DNA of 63,777 nucleotides from Octopus bimaculoides (lineage: Eukaryota): the NCBI RefSeq assembly GCF_001194135.2, contig NC_069005.1, forward strand, positions 1,591,601-1,655,377, in the 5' to 3' direction. Of the stretch, positions 11,696 to 23,244 are shown one piece after another. A program made the translations under genes and the position numbers. The notes under the pieces are model-generated. The model did not search any database. It was not told the DNA's origin and was given only the letters and a program-made list of their open reading frames with translations. How positions within the stretch are numbered: position 1 is the stretch's first letter; each line of letters begins with the position of its first letter.

Positions 11696-13336
11696 AATTT
11701 AATAGCTTTTGTGCGTTTTCGGATAGCTAAAAGGGTCCTTCTATGATGTAATTGCATTAGCTTCAACGCACGAGTTCAGGTAAAAAGAAAAAAAAAGCAC
11801 TCTAAAATTAACTCTGAGATTAAAACAGCAAACATTTTCAAAATGAGAACATTTTTTTCAATTTTATTAAACAGAAAGTAATTACATCGCGAAACTAATT
11901 TCGCTTTTTATAAACAGACAAAAAAAAAAGCATGAATATTTTTTATATATTTCTTGAGGATCAAAATTGTCGTCGCACCGCTGCGACATCTCAAAAATTA
12001 AATAAAACGTAAATTCAGCAGATTTTGTGTGTTTTTAAGTGGCCAAATTGTTTTGTTCACGGTGTTACCTTATCAGTTTCAATATAAGGTCACGGAGCAA
12101 GCCACCTGCTAGACAAGAACAACTCCAAATTTATGTTTATTTCTTATCTTTTACTTGTTTCAGTCATTAAAGCGTGGCCATGCTGGGGTACTGCCGTTAA
12201 GAATTTTAGTTATACAAATCGACCCCAGTACATATTTTTCTTGTGAAACCTGGTACTTGTTCTAGCGGCCTCTTTTACTAAACATACCAACACCGGTTGT
12301 CAAGCGGTGGTGGAAGACAAATAGAGACCCCTACATACACAGACGCATATACGATGTGCTTCTTTCAGTTTCCGTCTTCTAAATCTACTCATAAGGCTTT
12401 GCTCGACCCGAGGTTAGAGGAGAAGACACTTGCTCAAGGTACTACGCAGTAGGACTCAACCCAGAACCATGTGGTTGAGAAGAAAAACATATTTTCCAAA
12501 TATTGGCTACAAACAAGATTTTTTCAGAAAGCATGAATTTTTTTCTGAAAACAGCACAGTAAAAATATCTTCTTAAGATTTGCCTACGAAAACCAACGCT
12601 AGGATTTACTCTATTTGTAAGCCTCTGATTGTCTATGTCATGTCTTGGGAGAGTCATTAAAGAGTAAAGGGTAATGGCTCCCTTCGATCATGAAAGAACG
12701 TGGGATTGCACCTGGAAAGTTCCCTTCCGAAGTACAAGTCCGGGCGAAGTTGTTTATGGAAGGCCAGAAGTCACCCATGCATACCACTCTTCCCTCTCCA
12801 TGCCATCGGTGTTGTCCAAAGGAAAGGCAAAGGCCGATACAGTTTGGCACCAGTGACGTTGCCATTCTTTTCTACAGCTGAGGGAAATGAAGCAACGTGA
12901 AGTGAAGTGTCTTGCTGAAGAACACAACACACAACCCGATCCGAGAATCGAACTCAATACTTCGTGATTGGGAGCCCGACGCACTAATCACTGAGCTATT
13001 CGCCTTCACAGGGAGAGTCATTACACCTATAATAACACACGCACAGATTCAATTCCACTTCTTCGTTGTTAGTCAATGGGCTATATGTCTTACCATCTAA
13101 CTAACTGATCGTTTATTAAATGTGCCGGTTAAACAATCAATCGAGTGTTTGTTTGCAAGTCCGAGTTCTTTCTTCGCTACCTTTTCAATGACTTTTTCTC
13201 TCGCTTCACTGTCTGCTCTGTGTCGAAGTTCTTTTGTCGCTGTTTGCGAATAGCGGCGAAAGAACTTTGACTAACAAACAACCGATTGATTTTTTTAACC
13301 AACACATTAAACAAACGATCAAGTAGTTGGTTGGTT

Positions 13337-13660
13337 AGATATTTAACCGTGAATGCGCGTGGCTTAGTGGTTAGAGTATTCGGCTCATGATCGTTAAGTT
13401 GTGAGTTCAATTCTCGGCGAAGGGTTGTGTCCTTGGGCAAGACATTTTATTTCCTGGTGCTCCAGTCCACTTAGCTAGCAAAAATGAATAGTGCCTATAT
13501 TTCAATGGACCAGCCTTGTCACACTGTGTCACATTGTATCTCACTACGTTAAGGGTACGTATGTATGTGGAGTGCTCAGCCACATGCACGTTAATTTCAC
13601 GAGCAGGCTGTTCTGTTGAATTGGATCAACTGGGACCCTTGACATCGTGACTGAGAGAGT
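13337..13660 (+). mobile_element. tRNA-derived CORE-like SINE; other copies near 12830-13010 (-), 19030-19320 (-), 28600-28890 (-), 34275-34410 (+), 63130-63440 (-)
   Basis: Pol III A box TGGCTTAGTGG, B box GAGTTCAATTC, CORE-like TGTGTCCTTGGGCAAGACA...CAGTCCAC..AGCT..AAAAATG. Confidence 0.8.
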
Positions 13661-14162
13661 GTCAGATATTTAACAAATTGGCTGACAATAAAGAAGTGGA
13701 AAGAAGCAGTGCGTGTGTTTATTACTGGCGTAATGACTCACCCAAGACACAACAGAACTTGTTTCAACACACGAATTTACATCTAGAATCTTGCAAACCT
13801 AAAACGAAACCGAAGCCAGGGCTGAATAATGTTACACAAAAACGAGGGAAAACAACAGCGCAGAAGCAACGAAGACAACAACAACAAAAACAATCCTAGC
13901 TAGATGAATAAAACAACAGCAGGAATTTAAACTACAAATAAAAGTAAACACGAAATAAGTCGGCAACATACAGAAAGTAAGACATAATGAGAAAAACATT
14001 CGAAGAACAGAACATAAGCAATTAAAATTAGAAGACAGAAAGGAAATTTATTTATCATGGAAAATTGTTTTTTGCTCCTGGACTTTTTTGGTAGAACCAT
14101 TATATTGGCAGGAATTGTCAGAGGCCGGACAAGATGCCCTGCTGTTTTTCTTCCTACTCGTT

Positions 14163-14212
14163 ATGTTCTGATGACGGCCAGTCAGTAGAAACTGCGAAAC
14201 CACTGTCAACAT
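14163..14212 (+). ncRNA. Candidate type I hammerhead ribozyme in NF2 intron 5, sense strand
   Basis: ATGTT-CTGATGA-CG-GCCAGT(cagtagaa)ACTGC-GAAAC-cact-GTC-AACAT: intact core, 5-bp stem I, imperfect stem II, 2-bp stem III, GUC cleavage triplet. Confidence 0.6.
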
Positions 14213-14217
14213 TTATA

Positions 14218-14364
14218 TGGCTGTGTGGTAAGAAGCTTGCTTCCGAACCACATGGTTCTAGGTTCAGTCCCACTACGTGGCACCTTGGGCAAGTGTCCTC
14301 TACTATAGCCTCGGGCTGACCAAAGCCTTGTGAGTGGATTTGGTAGACGGAAACTGAAAGATGC

Positions 14365-14415
<51 letters not shown>

Positions 14416-14718
14416 TGGCTAAACTGGCAATATGACCATCCCCAAATACAACAATATATATATATGTATATATATATATGTACACATACACACATATGTA
14501 TGTATGTATGTATGTATCTATGTTTGTCCCCCTACCATCGCCTGACAACCGATGTTGGTGTGTTTGCGTCCCTGCAACTTAACGGTTCGGCAAAAGCGAC
14601 CGATAGATTAAGTACCATTAAGTACAAGGCGCACAAAGAATAAGTCCTGGGGTCGATTTGTTCGACTAAATGCGATGCTCTTGAATGGCCACAGTCAAAT
14701 GACTCGAACAAGTAAGAG
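14218..14718 (+). mobile_element. Composite SINE: tRNA/CORE-like head, internal (TA)n/(CA)n tract, second module ending CAGTCAAATGACTGAAACAAGTAA. Copies at 22976-23411 (-), 62735-63128 (-), 12140-12480 (-), 60385-60935 (rearranged)
   Basis: The same module order recurs in several copies. Confidence 0.85.
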
Positions 14719-15607
14719 AATATATATAGAGACAGACAGACAGACAACAGATAGATACATACATACATAGACAGACGTACATATATACATATATACGCAC
14801 AGGCGCGTGCGCGCACACACACACACACACACACGTATACATACATACATACATACATACGTACATACATACATACTGTGGGGGTCGAGAAAATAAAGTG
14901 CTATTCAAGTACCGGGATCGACTTGCGCTTCCCTTCGAAACTGCTAACCTTGAAACCCGCAACGGACAAGCGTTCCATTCAAGGGGCATGTTGAGATTTC
15001 GGTAACTTATACAGGGTGCGGCAGAAATACCGCCCACATTTGAAAGGTTGACAAAAGGAAAAAGAAACAACATTTATGAAAAATTAATTTTACTGTTGTT
15101 TGAACAAAGGGTTACAGTTTTTGTTCATTAGCTAAATGAAAACATCATTGGCACTTGCATAAGTTCATTAGCAACACATATTATTATTTATTCATGCGCT
15201 CTTTTTAAAGCCTAGCCAGGCTCATGGGCCCGGTTTCCCGGTTTCTATGACATGTGTTCCCCCCAGCTGGACGGGACGCCAGTCCATCGCAGCTTTACTC
15301 ANNNNNNNNNNNNNNNNNNNNNNNNNNNNNNNNNNNNNNNNNNNNNNNNNNNNNNNNNNNNNNNNNNNNNNNNNNNNNNNNNNNNNNNNNNNNNNNNNNN
15401 NTTCATGTAATATATGTATATATTTGCATATATATATATGGGTATGAAAGTGTGAGCAGTTGTTTTGCATCCATTTTTCCATGCTTGCATAGGTTAGACT
15501 TGTATGCAATATATCAAGGCATCGTTTAACAGCCAGTTGCAATTTATTTCTACATATAAAGTGAAAGTTAACCAATAAATAATTAATATATTTCCGTCTG
15601 TTTCCAG

Positions 15608-15742
15608 AATAAACGTCAAACTGACCTTTGGTTAGGAGTTGATGCTCATGGTTTAAATATTTATGAAAGAGATAACCGCCTTGAAGCTAAAATATCGTTT
15701 CCCTGGTGTGAGATTAAGACAGTTTCCTTTAAAGATAAAAAG
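15608..15742 (+). CDS. NF2: Merlin exon 6, [45 protein letters not shown]
   Basis: 135 nt phase 0-0; FERM F3. Confidence 0.97.
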
Positions 15743-16269
15743 GTACAGTCATCAGACATTGTCAAATGAATTTCTCTTCTTGTTTAGCATTTTTCTCCAG
15801 CATATGAGTTGAATTTTTCAGACCAAAAAATGTAGGTCAATTTGTACACCAGGACCAGTTTGGAGGGCCAATAATTCCATGTGAAATGCAGCAGAATTTG
15901 GAAAGATAGTGACACTGTTTGGGCGTTTACACAACATATTATGTCATCTCGTATGTCAGAAAATATATTATTTTTAATCATTTATAATTATTTTTCTAAA
16001 CAATTGTTTAGAAATTTCCATTTTCAAATTTTTTTTTTATTCTTTTGATGTGAAGAATTTACCATTTATTTATTTTAGAGCTGTTGGTGCATAATTAAAC
16101 TGGATTTATTGTAGCTGATAATTAATGTAGGGTTTGGAAGGGATAAATGGATGATGGAGAGTTCCAGGGGAAGGGTGTTTTGTTGAGGAAGGATTGGTAA
16201 GAATGTATAATGGATACATATATAGCTGTGTGGTTAAAATTTTGTCTTTTTCATTTTTGTTTTCTCCAG

Positions 16270-16344
16270 TTTACCATCAAACCCATGGATAAGAAATCCC
16301 CTGACTTTGTATTCAATGCTCCAAAAGTTCGAATCAACAAACTG
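16270..16344 (+). CDS. NF2: Merlin exon 7, FTIKPMDKKSPDFVFNAPKVRINKL
   Basis: 75 nt phase 0-0 with AG/GT boundaries. Confidence 0.97.
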
Positions 16345-17131
16345 GTTAGTTTGGTCTTATTTAACCGTTTTGTTGCAATATTTCTGTGAAAGTTCATTGC
16401 TTTTGTTTTACTTTTGAAAATAAATAAAGAAGTTAGTAAAATAGCTTTGTCATTATTAAGCCGGTGTTTGGATTACAACATGAAACTTTTGGTGGAAATC
16501 CTCAATTTAAATCACTTTAAAAGAGGAAGTGAGCATCATAGAACCAGGAACAGTGTCAGCCAAGTCTTTTTAACTCAAGAAATGTTCAGTGGAAAAAGGA
16601 GCATGAATGTAATATAAGAACAGCTGGGTGTTGAACCTTTGTGTTGCCCTATTTCCAAAGAAATACAGACTTTGTGGTAATTAATTTCGAAAATAATGAA
16701 GAATTTAGTAAAAGAACTCTATTATTAAAATGGGGTTTGGAACCTAACATGAAATTTTAATGGGAGGTTTTTTAAAATTTTTATATTTAAGTCACTTTNN
16801 NNNNNNNNNNNNNNNNNNNNNNNNNNNNNNNNNNNNNNNNNNNNNNNNNNNNNNNNNNNNNNNNNNNNNNNNNNNNNNNNNNNNNNNNNNNNNNNNNNNN
16901 NNNNNNNNNNNNNNNNNNNNNNNNNNNNNNNNNNNNNNNNNNNNNNNNNNNNNNNNNNNNNNNNNNNNNNNNNNNNNNNNNNNNNNNNNNNNNNNNNNNN
17001 NNNNNNNNNNNNNNNNNNNNNNNNNNNNNNNNNNNNNNNNNNNNNNNNNNNNNNNNNNNNNNNNNNNNNNNNNNNNNNNNNNNNNNNNNNNNNNNNNNNN
17101 NNCTATATTAACTCATTTATTTGCTTTTCAG

Positions 17132-17245
17132 ATTCTTGAACTCTGTGTTGGGAACCGTGAATTATACATGAGGAGACGAAGAACAGATTCTATGGAAATT
17201 CAACAGATGAAAACTCATGCCAGAGAAGAAAAGGCTCGAAGACAG
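17132..17245 (+). CDS. NF2: Merlin exon 8, [38 protein letters not shown]
   Basis: 114 nt phase 0-0; end of FERM and start of the helical region. Confidence 0.97.
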
Positions 17246-17984
17246 GTAACACAGAGCTCATAATGATTTTTATGAAATGTTCTTTTTTTTTTTTTTTTAT
17301 AAAAGAATCTAGTTGCTAGGTCACCAATTTGCAGGTCAATTATTTTTTTGTCTCACCAATCAGTTCAATGAAAGATATATGACAATATCTGGAGTCATCT
17401 GTTTTTCATTTTAGAGGAATATTGGAGTTAATAGCCCATGCTCTTAACCATTATGCTAAATACCTTAGGAATGAGAGCCCAAGGTTTCTGTTTAAGATGA
17501 TCAAAATTTAAACCTTCCATCAGAATTTCATGTTAATTTGTTTATTTTCCAAACATCAACTTAATAATGCCAAAGTCATTTCACTAAATTCTTCATTATT
17601 TTCAGAATCAACTGAAACGAAGGCAGAGATGGGGGGACAAAAAGGTTATAATAATATTGCATAAACCCTAAATGTCTGGCTAGATCTCATGATGGGCAAA
17701 GTACTCTCCCTTACATGAATTAACATTCAGTTATATTCCATCGCTGGTTGAATAAATTTTTTTGGCATACAGATGCATTTTTAGAGATTAGAAGTTGAAA
17801 TTATTGCCATATTGATATCCTGAAAACAATTGTCGTATAGGTCTGACAACTGTTGTTACCAGTTTGAATATTCCTTCATTTAAAAACAAAATTTACCAGG
17901 AAACCAGGAATGGTGATGGCCAAAAACAACGATTGCTCGTTTCTAGCTATGGCAGTTACTTTTACTGAATACTTTGTCTTTCAG

Positions 17985-18107
17985 CTTGACCGGACACGAC
18001 TTGCGCGGGAGAAACAATTAAAAGAAGAAGCCATGCGTGAAAAACAAGAACTGGAAAGAAAATTACTTGCTTTGCAGGAGGAAATGCGAAATGCACATGA
18101 AGCATTG
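17985..18107 (+). CDS. NF2: Merlin exon 9, LDRTRLAREKQLKEEAMREKQELERKLLALQEEMRNAHEAL
   Basis: 123 nt phase 0-0; coiled coil. Confidence 0.95.
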
Positions 18108-18683
18108 GTAATGTTAGAATTCCAATTATTATTATTATTATTAATTATTATTATTTATTATTATTATTGAGTGAGAGAGCAGAGCATTCCATCAAAGTGA
18201 CACTGGGGTAAAATATACGAAGCCCATTATACCCATCATGACTACCCGTCTGATAAGGGTACACCAGGCACATGCATCGCAACCATATGTGCACAACATG
18301 ATGATCTCATATCAAGGTTAACAGTGCATGGCCTTGCAGGTAGGGGCCCAGTTAGAATTTTCTTCAGGTCGAGTAGCCCATCTCACTCAAAGGGTCCCTG
18401 AATAAGGGTTGTTTAAGGATGTTGAACGAAACTCCCATGTTTCAAGAGGTGAATTATTCAAACCCCAAAGAATTCCTCTCAATGCATGGCTATGATGCTC
18501 CCCCACTACTTCTGCTCATGATCTCAGCCCCTCTGAGTCACTCAATCAACACAAAACTGTGTTATTAATTTTGTTTGCCATCCTTTTTTTAATTTACTTC
18601 CTTCATTTTTTTTTTCTTTTTGTTTCTTTGATTTCTACTGTTGGAGTTGTCAATTAATTCTAATTAATCTCGTTCATTAACAG

Positions 18684-18815
18684 ATGCGGTCTGAAGAATC
18701 TGCCGATTTACTTGCAGAAAAGGCTCGAATTGCAGAAGAAGAAGCTGTGTTACTCAGAAGGAAATCTGCTGAAGTTGATGCAGAAATCCAACGTATCAAG
18801 ATCTCTGCAATGAAA
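18684..18815 (+). CDS. NF2: Merlin exon 10, [44 protein letters not shown]
   Basis: 132 nt phase 0-0, GTGAGT donor; RSEExADLLAEK motif. Confidence 0.96.
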
Positions 18816-19477
18816 GTGAGTCTTTCGAGGACCTTCGGGGTTATATTGTCAGGTTTTGTTCTTTGAACTCATTAACACCTGTCGTTAAACATTTATGTGT
18901 GACATATACACATGAGCATCACAAGTGCAACAGAAATAGATAACTCTCAAATGCCCAGGAGAATCCCTGGAGGCAGCAATTAGTTTCTGTTACCTCCCCA
19001 GCCTGGCACTCCACCAGCTATGACCACAAACGTCCCAGTTGACCCGATCAATAGAAGAGCCTGCTCTTGGAAATTCATGGCTGAGTCTCTCCGCAGATAC
19101 GTGTACCCTTAATGTAATTTTCAGGGAGGTTTAGTCAGACACAAAATGTGACAAGGCTGGTCCCCTTTGAATTACAGGTACCACTCATTTCTGCCAGCTG
19201 AGTGGACTGGAGCAACATGAAATAAAGGATCTTGCTCAAGGCCACAATGAACTCATGGGTAACGAATTTGTGACCTTACGATCGTTAGTCTTGTACCCTA
19301 ATCACTAAGCCACATGCCTTCTGTTACCCAGATGACTTAATAAGCTGAGGTGGAGAATGTTCTGAAAGTGTTGTAATCAAAGATAGAATCGGTTTATAAT
19401 TTTCTCCTTTATTTCTGGGTATTGTATCTTTTTGAATTCTTCCGTTTACTCATCTTACAAACCATCTGTGATTCCAG

Positions 19478-19563
19478 AGTGACGAGGAACGCATGCTTAT
19501 GGAATGTCGAGCCAGGGAAGCTGAGATGATGGCAGCAACGCTGTTGGAAGATTCTGGTCGAAG
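19478..19563 (+). CDS. NF2: Merlin exon 11, SDEERMLMECRAREAEMMAATLLEDSGR(R)
   Basis: 86 nt phase 0-2, GTGAGA donor. Confidence 0.93.
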
Positions 19564-22500
19564 GTGAGATTGAAAATGTTTCAATTGTTCCAAGTTTGTT
19601 CCTAACAAAAATTTATTCTGAGAAAAAGAAAAAAAAACCCAAAGAATTTGACTTTCAATATTGTCATCATCATCATCATCATCATCATCAGTTAACATTC
19701 ATTGTCCATGCTGGCTTGGGTTGGACGGTTTGACCAGGGCTAGTAAGCTGAGGGGCTGCACCAGACTCCAGTCTGATTTGGCATCGTTTCTACGGCTGGA
19801 TACCTTTCCTAACGCCAACCATTCTGAGAGTGTAATGGGTGCTTTTATGTGCCACCAGCACAGGTGCCCTTTGCATGACACCAGTGTCTGCCACTATTGT
19901 GATTTTACTTGGCTTCATGGGTCTTCTTCTCAAGCATGACATAATGCCAAAGGTCTTGGTCATTTATCATTGCCTCTGTAAGGCCCAACACACGAAAGGA
20001 GCTTTTCATGTGTCACCAGCATCGGCCAATTTGCTTCCATGAGGCCCAACACTTGAAAGGTATCTTGTAGCTTTGAGATTTCTGTGTGGTTACTATTTTT
20101 TCTTTAGAATGACATTATAGGGTAGGTGAGAGAGGCTGGATCTGACCGGTTTGAACATAAAACAAGTAGAATATTTGAGCCAGANNNNNNNNNNNNNNNN
20201 NNNNNNNNNNNNNNNNNNNNNNNNNNNNNNNNNNNNNNNNNNNNNNNNNNNNNNNNNNNNNNNNNNNNNNNNNNNNNNNNNNNNNNNNNNNNNNNNNNNN
20301 NNNNNNNNNNNNNNNNNNNNNNNNNNNNNNNNNNNNNNNNNNNNNNNNNNNNNNNNNNNNNNNNNNNNNNNNNGGGGGGGGGGTTATTTCTTTTTTGTTT
20401 TTGTTAAATTTCTTTTATCTTTTATTTGTCATTAGACTGTGGCCATGCTGGGGCACTGCTTTGAAGAATCTTTAGTTGAATAAATCGACCCCCAGGACTT
20501 ATTCTATTGGTTCCTTTTGCTGAACTGCTAAGTTATGGAGATGAAAAGGGTTCGTGGGGAACAAAGACACACCCACACCCACACATCTTTTAAATTCGTA
20601 TGAATATACAAACAAAGCTCCCATTCAATTTTGCTGGCCACAGTCTAATGATGCTGACTGGTGAACCAGTTTTTGGGGGTTACATCGAGCTATACCGATA
20701 TAATGTAGGATAAATATTGTAATAATAATAATAATAATAATAAACCTTGCATGGAATTTATAAACACCTTAATGCATCGTTATACGCTACAGTCCATATT
20801 TCTGGGATGATTACAATGTAGTCCATAGTATCCGTTGGCATCGGATTGATTGTCTTCATGGATCCATTTCTTCAGGTGATATCACATTAAATGGACGTTT
20901 GCTAGAGGGATGTTTGTCCCTTTTCTGACCAGGTCGAAGGTCGGTTGAGTTACGTGGGTACCTCTGTGAGTATTTGGTGGGGAGGAGAGGAAGTTGATGG
21001 AAAGAGACGAAGGAATGGTAATTATATGGGGAAGGGGTGTGTGGTGATGTTGGACATGTTTTGGTATTCAGTCTGCAGATGTCAGGGTTGGGTCGTATAT
21101 TCCTTTGATCTCGTTTAAAGAATGACTATCTCCAATGAAGCCAGATGGTCAGCAGGTACATCCACTCCAGCCATCAGCTGTTGGCGTTCACTGTCTGAAT
21201 TAACACTTTCTTTGGGTGACCTTTTAATTGTTTCTGGTGGTACAGTGATTAGTGTATAGCATCTTGAATATTGGTTGGTTGGTTTGTGTTCCTTGTTCTA
21301 TAATATGCTGAGGGTTGTTGATGTTATTCTGTTTCAAAATGTTTTTTTGCAAATTCCAGAAACAATGTTTTGCTTTTGTGTTTACATGGTATGTTCACCT
21401 TGGAGTGTCTCTTTATCACGTTTTCCCCGGATGTGATGATTTCAGAATTTCTTCTAAACATAAGTTACATACCTGTGATATCCCGTTGTAAGGTGCAGCA
21501 TTTTTTATAACAGACCAAAACCGTGTGGTTGTGGAGTAAGCTTCTTATCACGGCCATGCCTCCACCTATTTGTGGAAACTTAAGGGTACCTTTTTGTCCA
21601 TGAATCACCACTCTAAGAAGCATTTGGTTCTTGCCTTTCGAAAATTCCATGTAAAAATAAGTTGTTTCTGTAAAGGCTTGAATTCCTTAACATTTCGTTG
21701 CAAAGAGGAGGGTTGACGTTCTGAATTACCTCCCTTTTTACTCTAACGTGTTTTTTTTTTTTTTAGTTTTGTCTCCATTTAACCCTTCAGCGTCCAGATT
21801 ACTCTGTCAAATGTAATGCTTATTAGTTCACATTGTTTTGAATTAATCATGCATTATCTCATAGCTTTAAGATTTCAATGATGTGATTGCTTATTTCTAG
21901 AATGACATTGTAGGGTGGCTTTGAGAGGCCAGTTCTGGCTAGTTTTGACACAAAACGGGTAGAATATTTGGGCTGGACATGGTCAGTTTAAATAAAAAGG
22001 AGATAAAGCATAATGTAGATTCTGTGTATAAAGTAAAGCTGTTCGTTCTACTCTTTGCTTTTTACCTCTCCCAGCCTTATCTTTCCTATTTCTCTCTCAA
22101 TTGTTTTCTTCCTTCATCTCAGTGTTGTTGTTGTCATCATCATCTAATGTCCCTTCTCATTGCTGGCATGGGTTGGACAGTTTGACAGGAGTTGGCCAGC
22201 TGGAGATTTTGGCCAGGTCCCAATGCTCTATTCTGGCTTGGTTTCTATGGCTGGGCGCCCTTCCTAATGCCAACCACATAACAGAATATGCAGGGTGCTT
22301 TATGTGGTGTCGCATGGGTGCTTTTCTACAAGGCACTGACATGGGTGCTTCTTATAAGGCACCAGCAGGGTGCATTTTATGTTGCACTGGCAAAACTAAC
22401 CTCACATTTTGCTAGTGCCACATAAAAAGCACTGAGTCCACTCTGCAGAGTGGTTGGTGACAGGAAGGGCATCCAGCCGTAGGATCCCTGCCAAAACAGA

Positions 22501-22773
22501 CACAGTAGCTGAGGGTAGTTTTTCTACCTGGCTGTGTGTCCCTGTCATACAAGTTGTGTCCCTCATTTCCAATTTCCCATATAAACATGTCTGACTTTGC
22601 TTGGAAACCGGTAAGGGTTGGCAACAGGAAGATCACCCAACCATAGAAAATCTGCCTCACTAAACTCTGTCTGACCAAAGTAAGTCTGGAAATGTAGACA
22701 TAAAAACAATGATGATCACTTTTTCTCATATCTTTCCAATTTTAATTGTTCCTTTTTTTTTTTTTTATTTCAG

Positions 22774-22922
22774 AGCATCTTAAAATTGACGTCTAACCTG
22801 GAACTCCCAGATGTCGGTCTCATTGCTGATTTCTGTGGTGGGGACGATGCCATGGAAGCCAGCTTTGATTTCCCCAAAACTAGTGATATGGATCAACTTT
22901 CTCTTAAAATCGAGAAAGAAAG
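22774..22922 (+). CDS. NF2: Merlin exon 12 of those visible, SILKLTSNLELPDVGLIADFCGGDDAMEASFDFPKTSDMDQLSLKIEKE(R)
   Basis: Poly-T + CAG acceptor, 149 nt phase 0-2; SFDF..TxDM..LSxxIEKE motif. Confidence 0.93.
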
Positions 22923-23194
22923 GTAAACGCACATTTTAATGAATTAATCGTTAATTTCAGCTCATTTTCTGTTATTCTTTTACTTGTTTCAGTCATTTGA
23001 CTGTGGCCATGCTGGAGCGCCTTTAGCCGAAACAAAAATCGAGCCCCAGGATTTATTCTTTGTAAGCCTAGTACTTATTCTAGCAGTCTCTTTTTGCTGA
23101 ACAGCTAAGTTAGGGGGATGTAAATACTCCAACATTGGTTGTCAAGCAATGGTGGGGAGACAAACACAGAGACACACAAATACATACATACATT

Positions 23195-23244
<50 letters not shown>

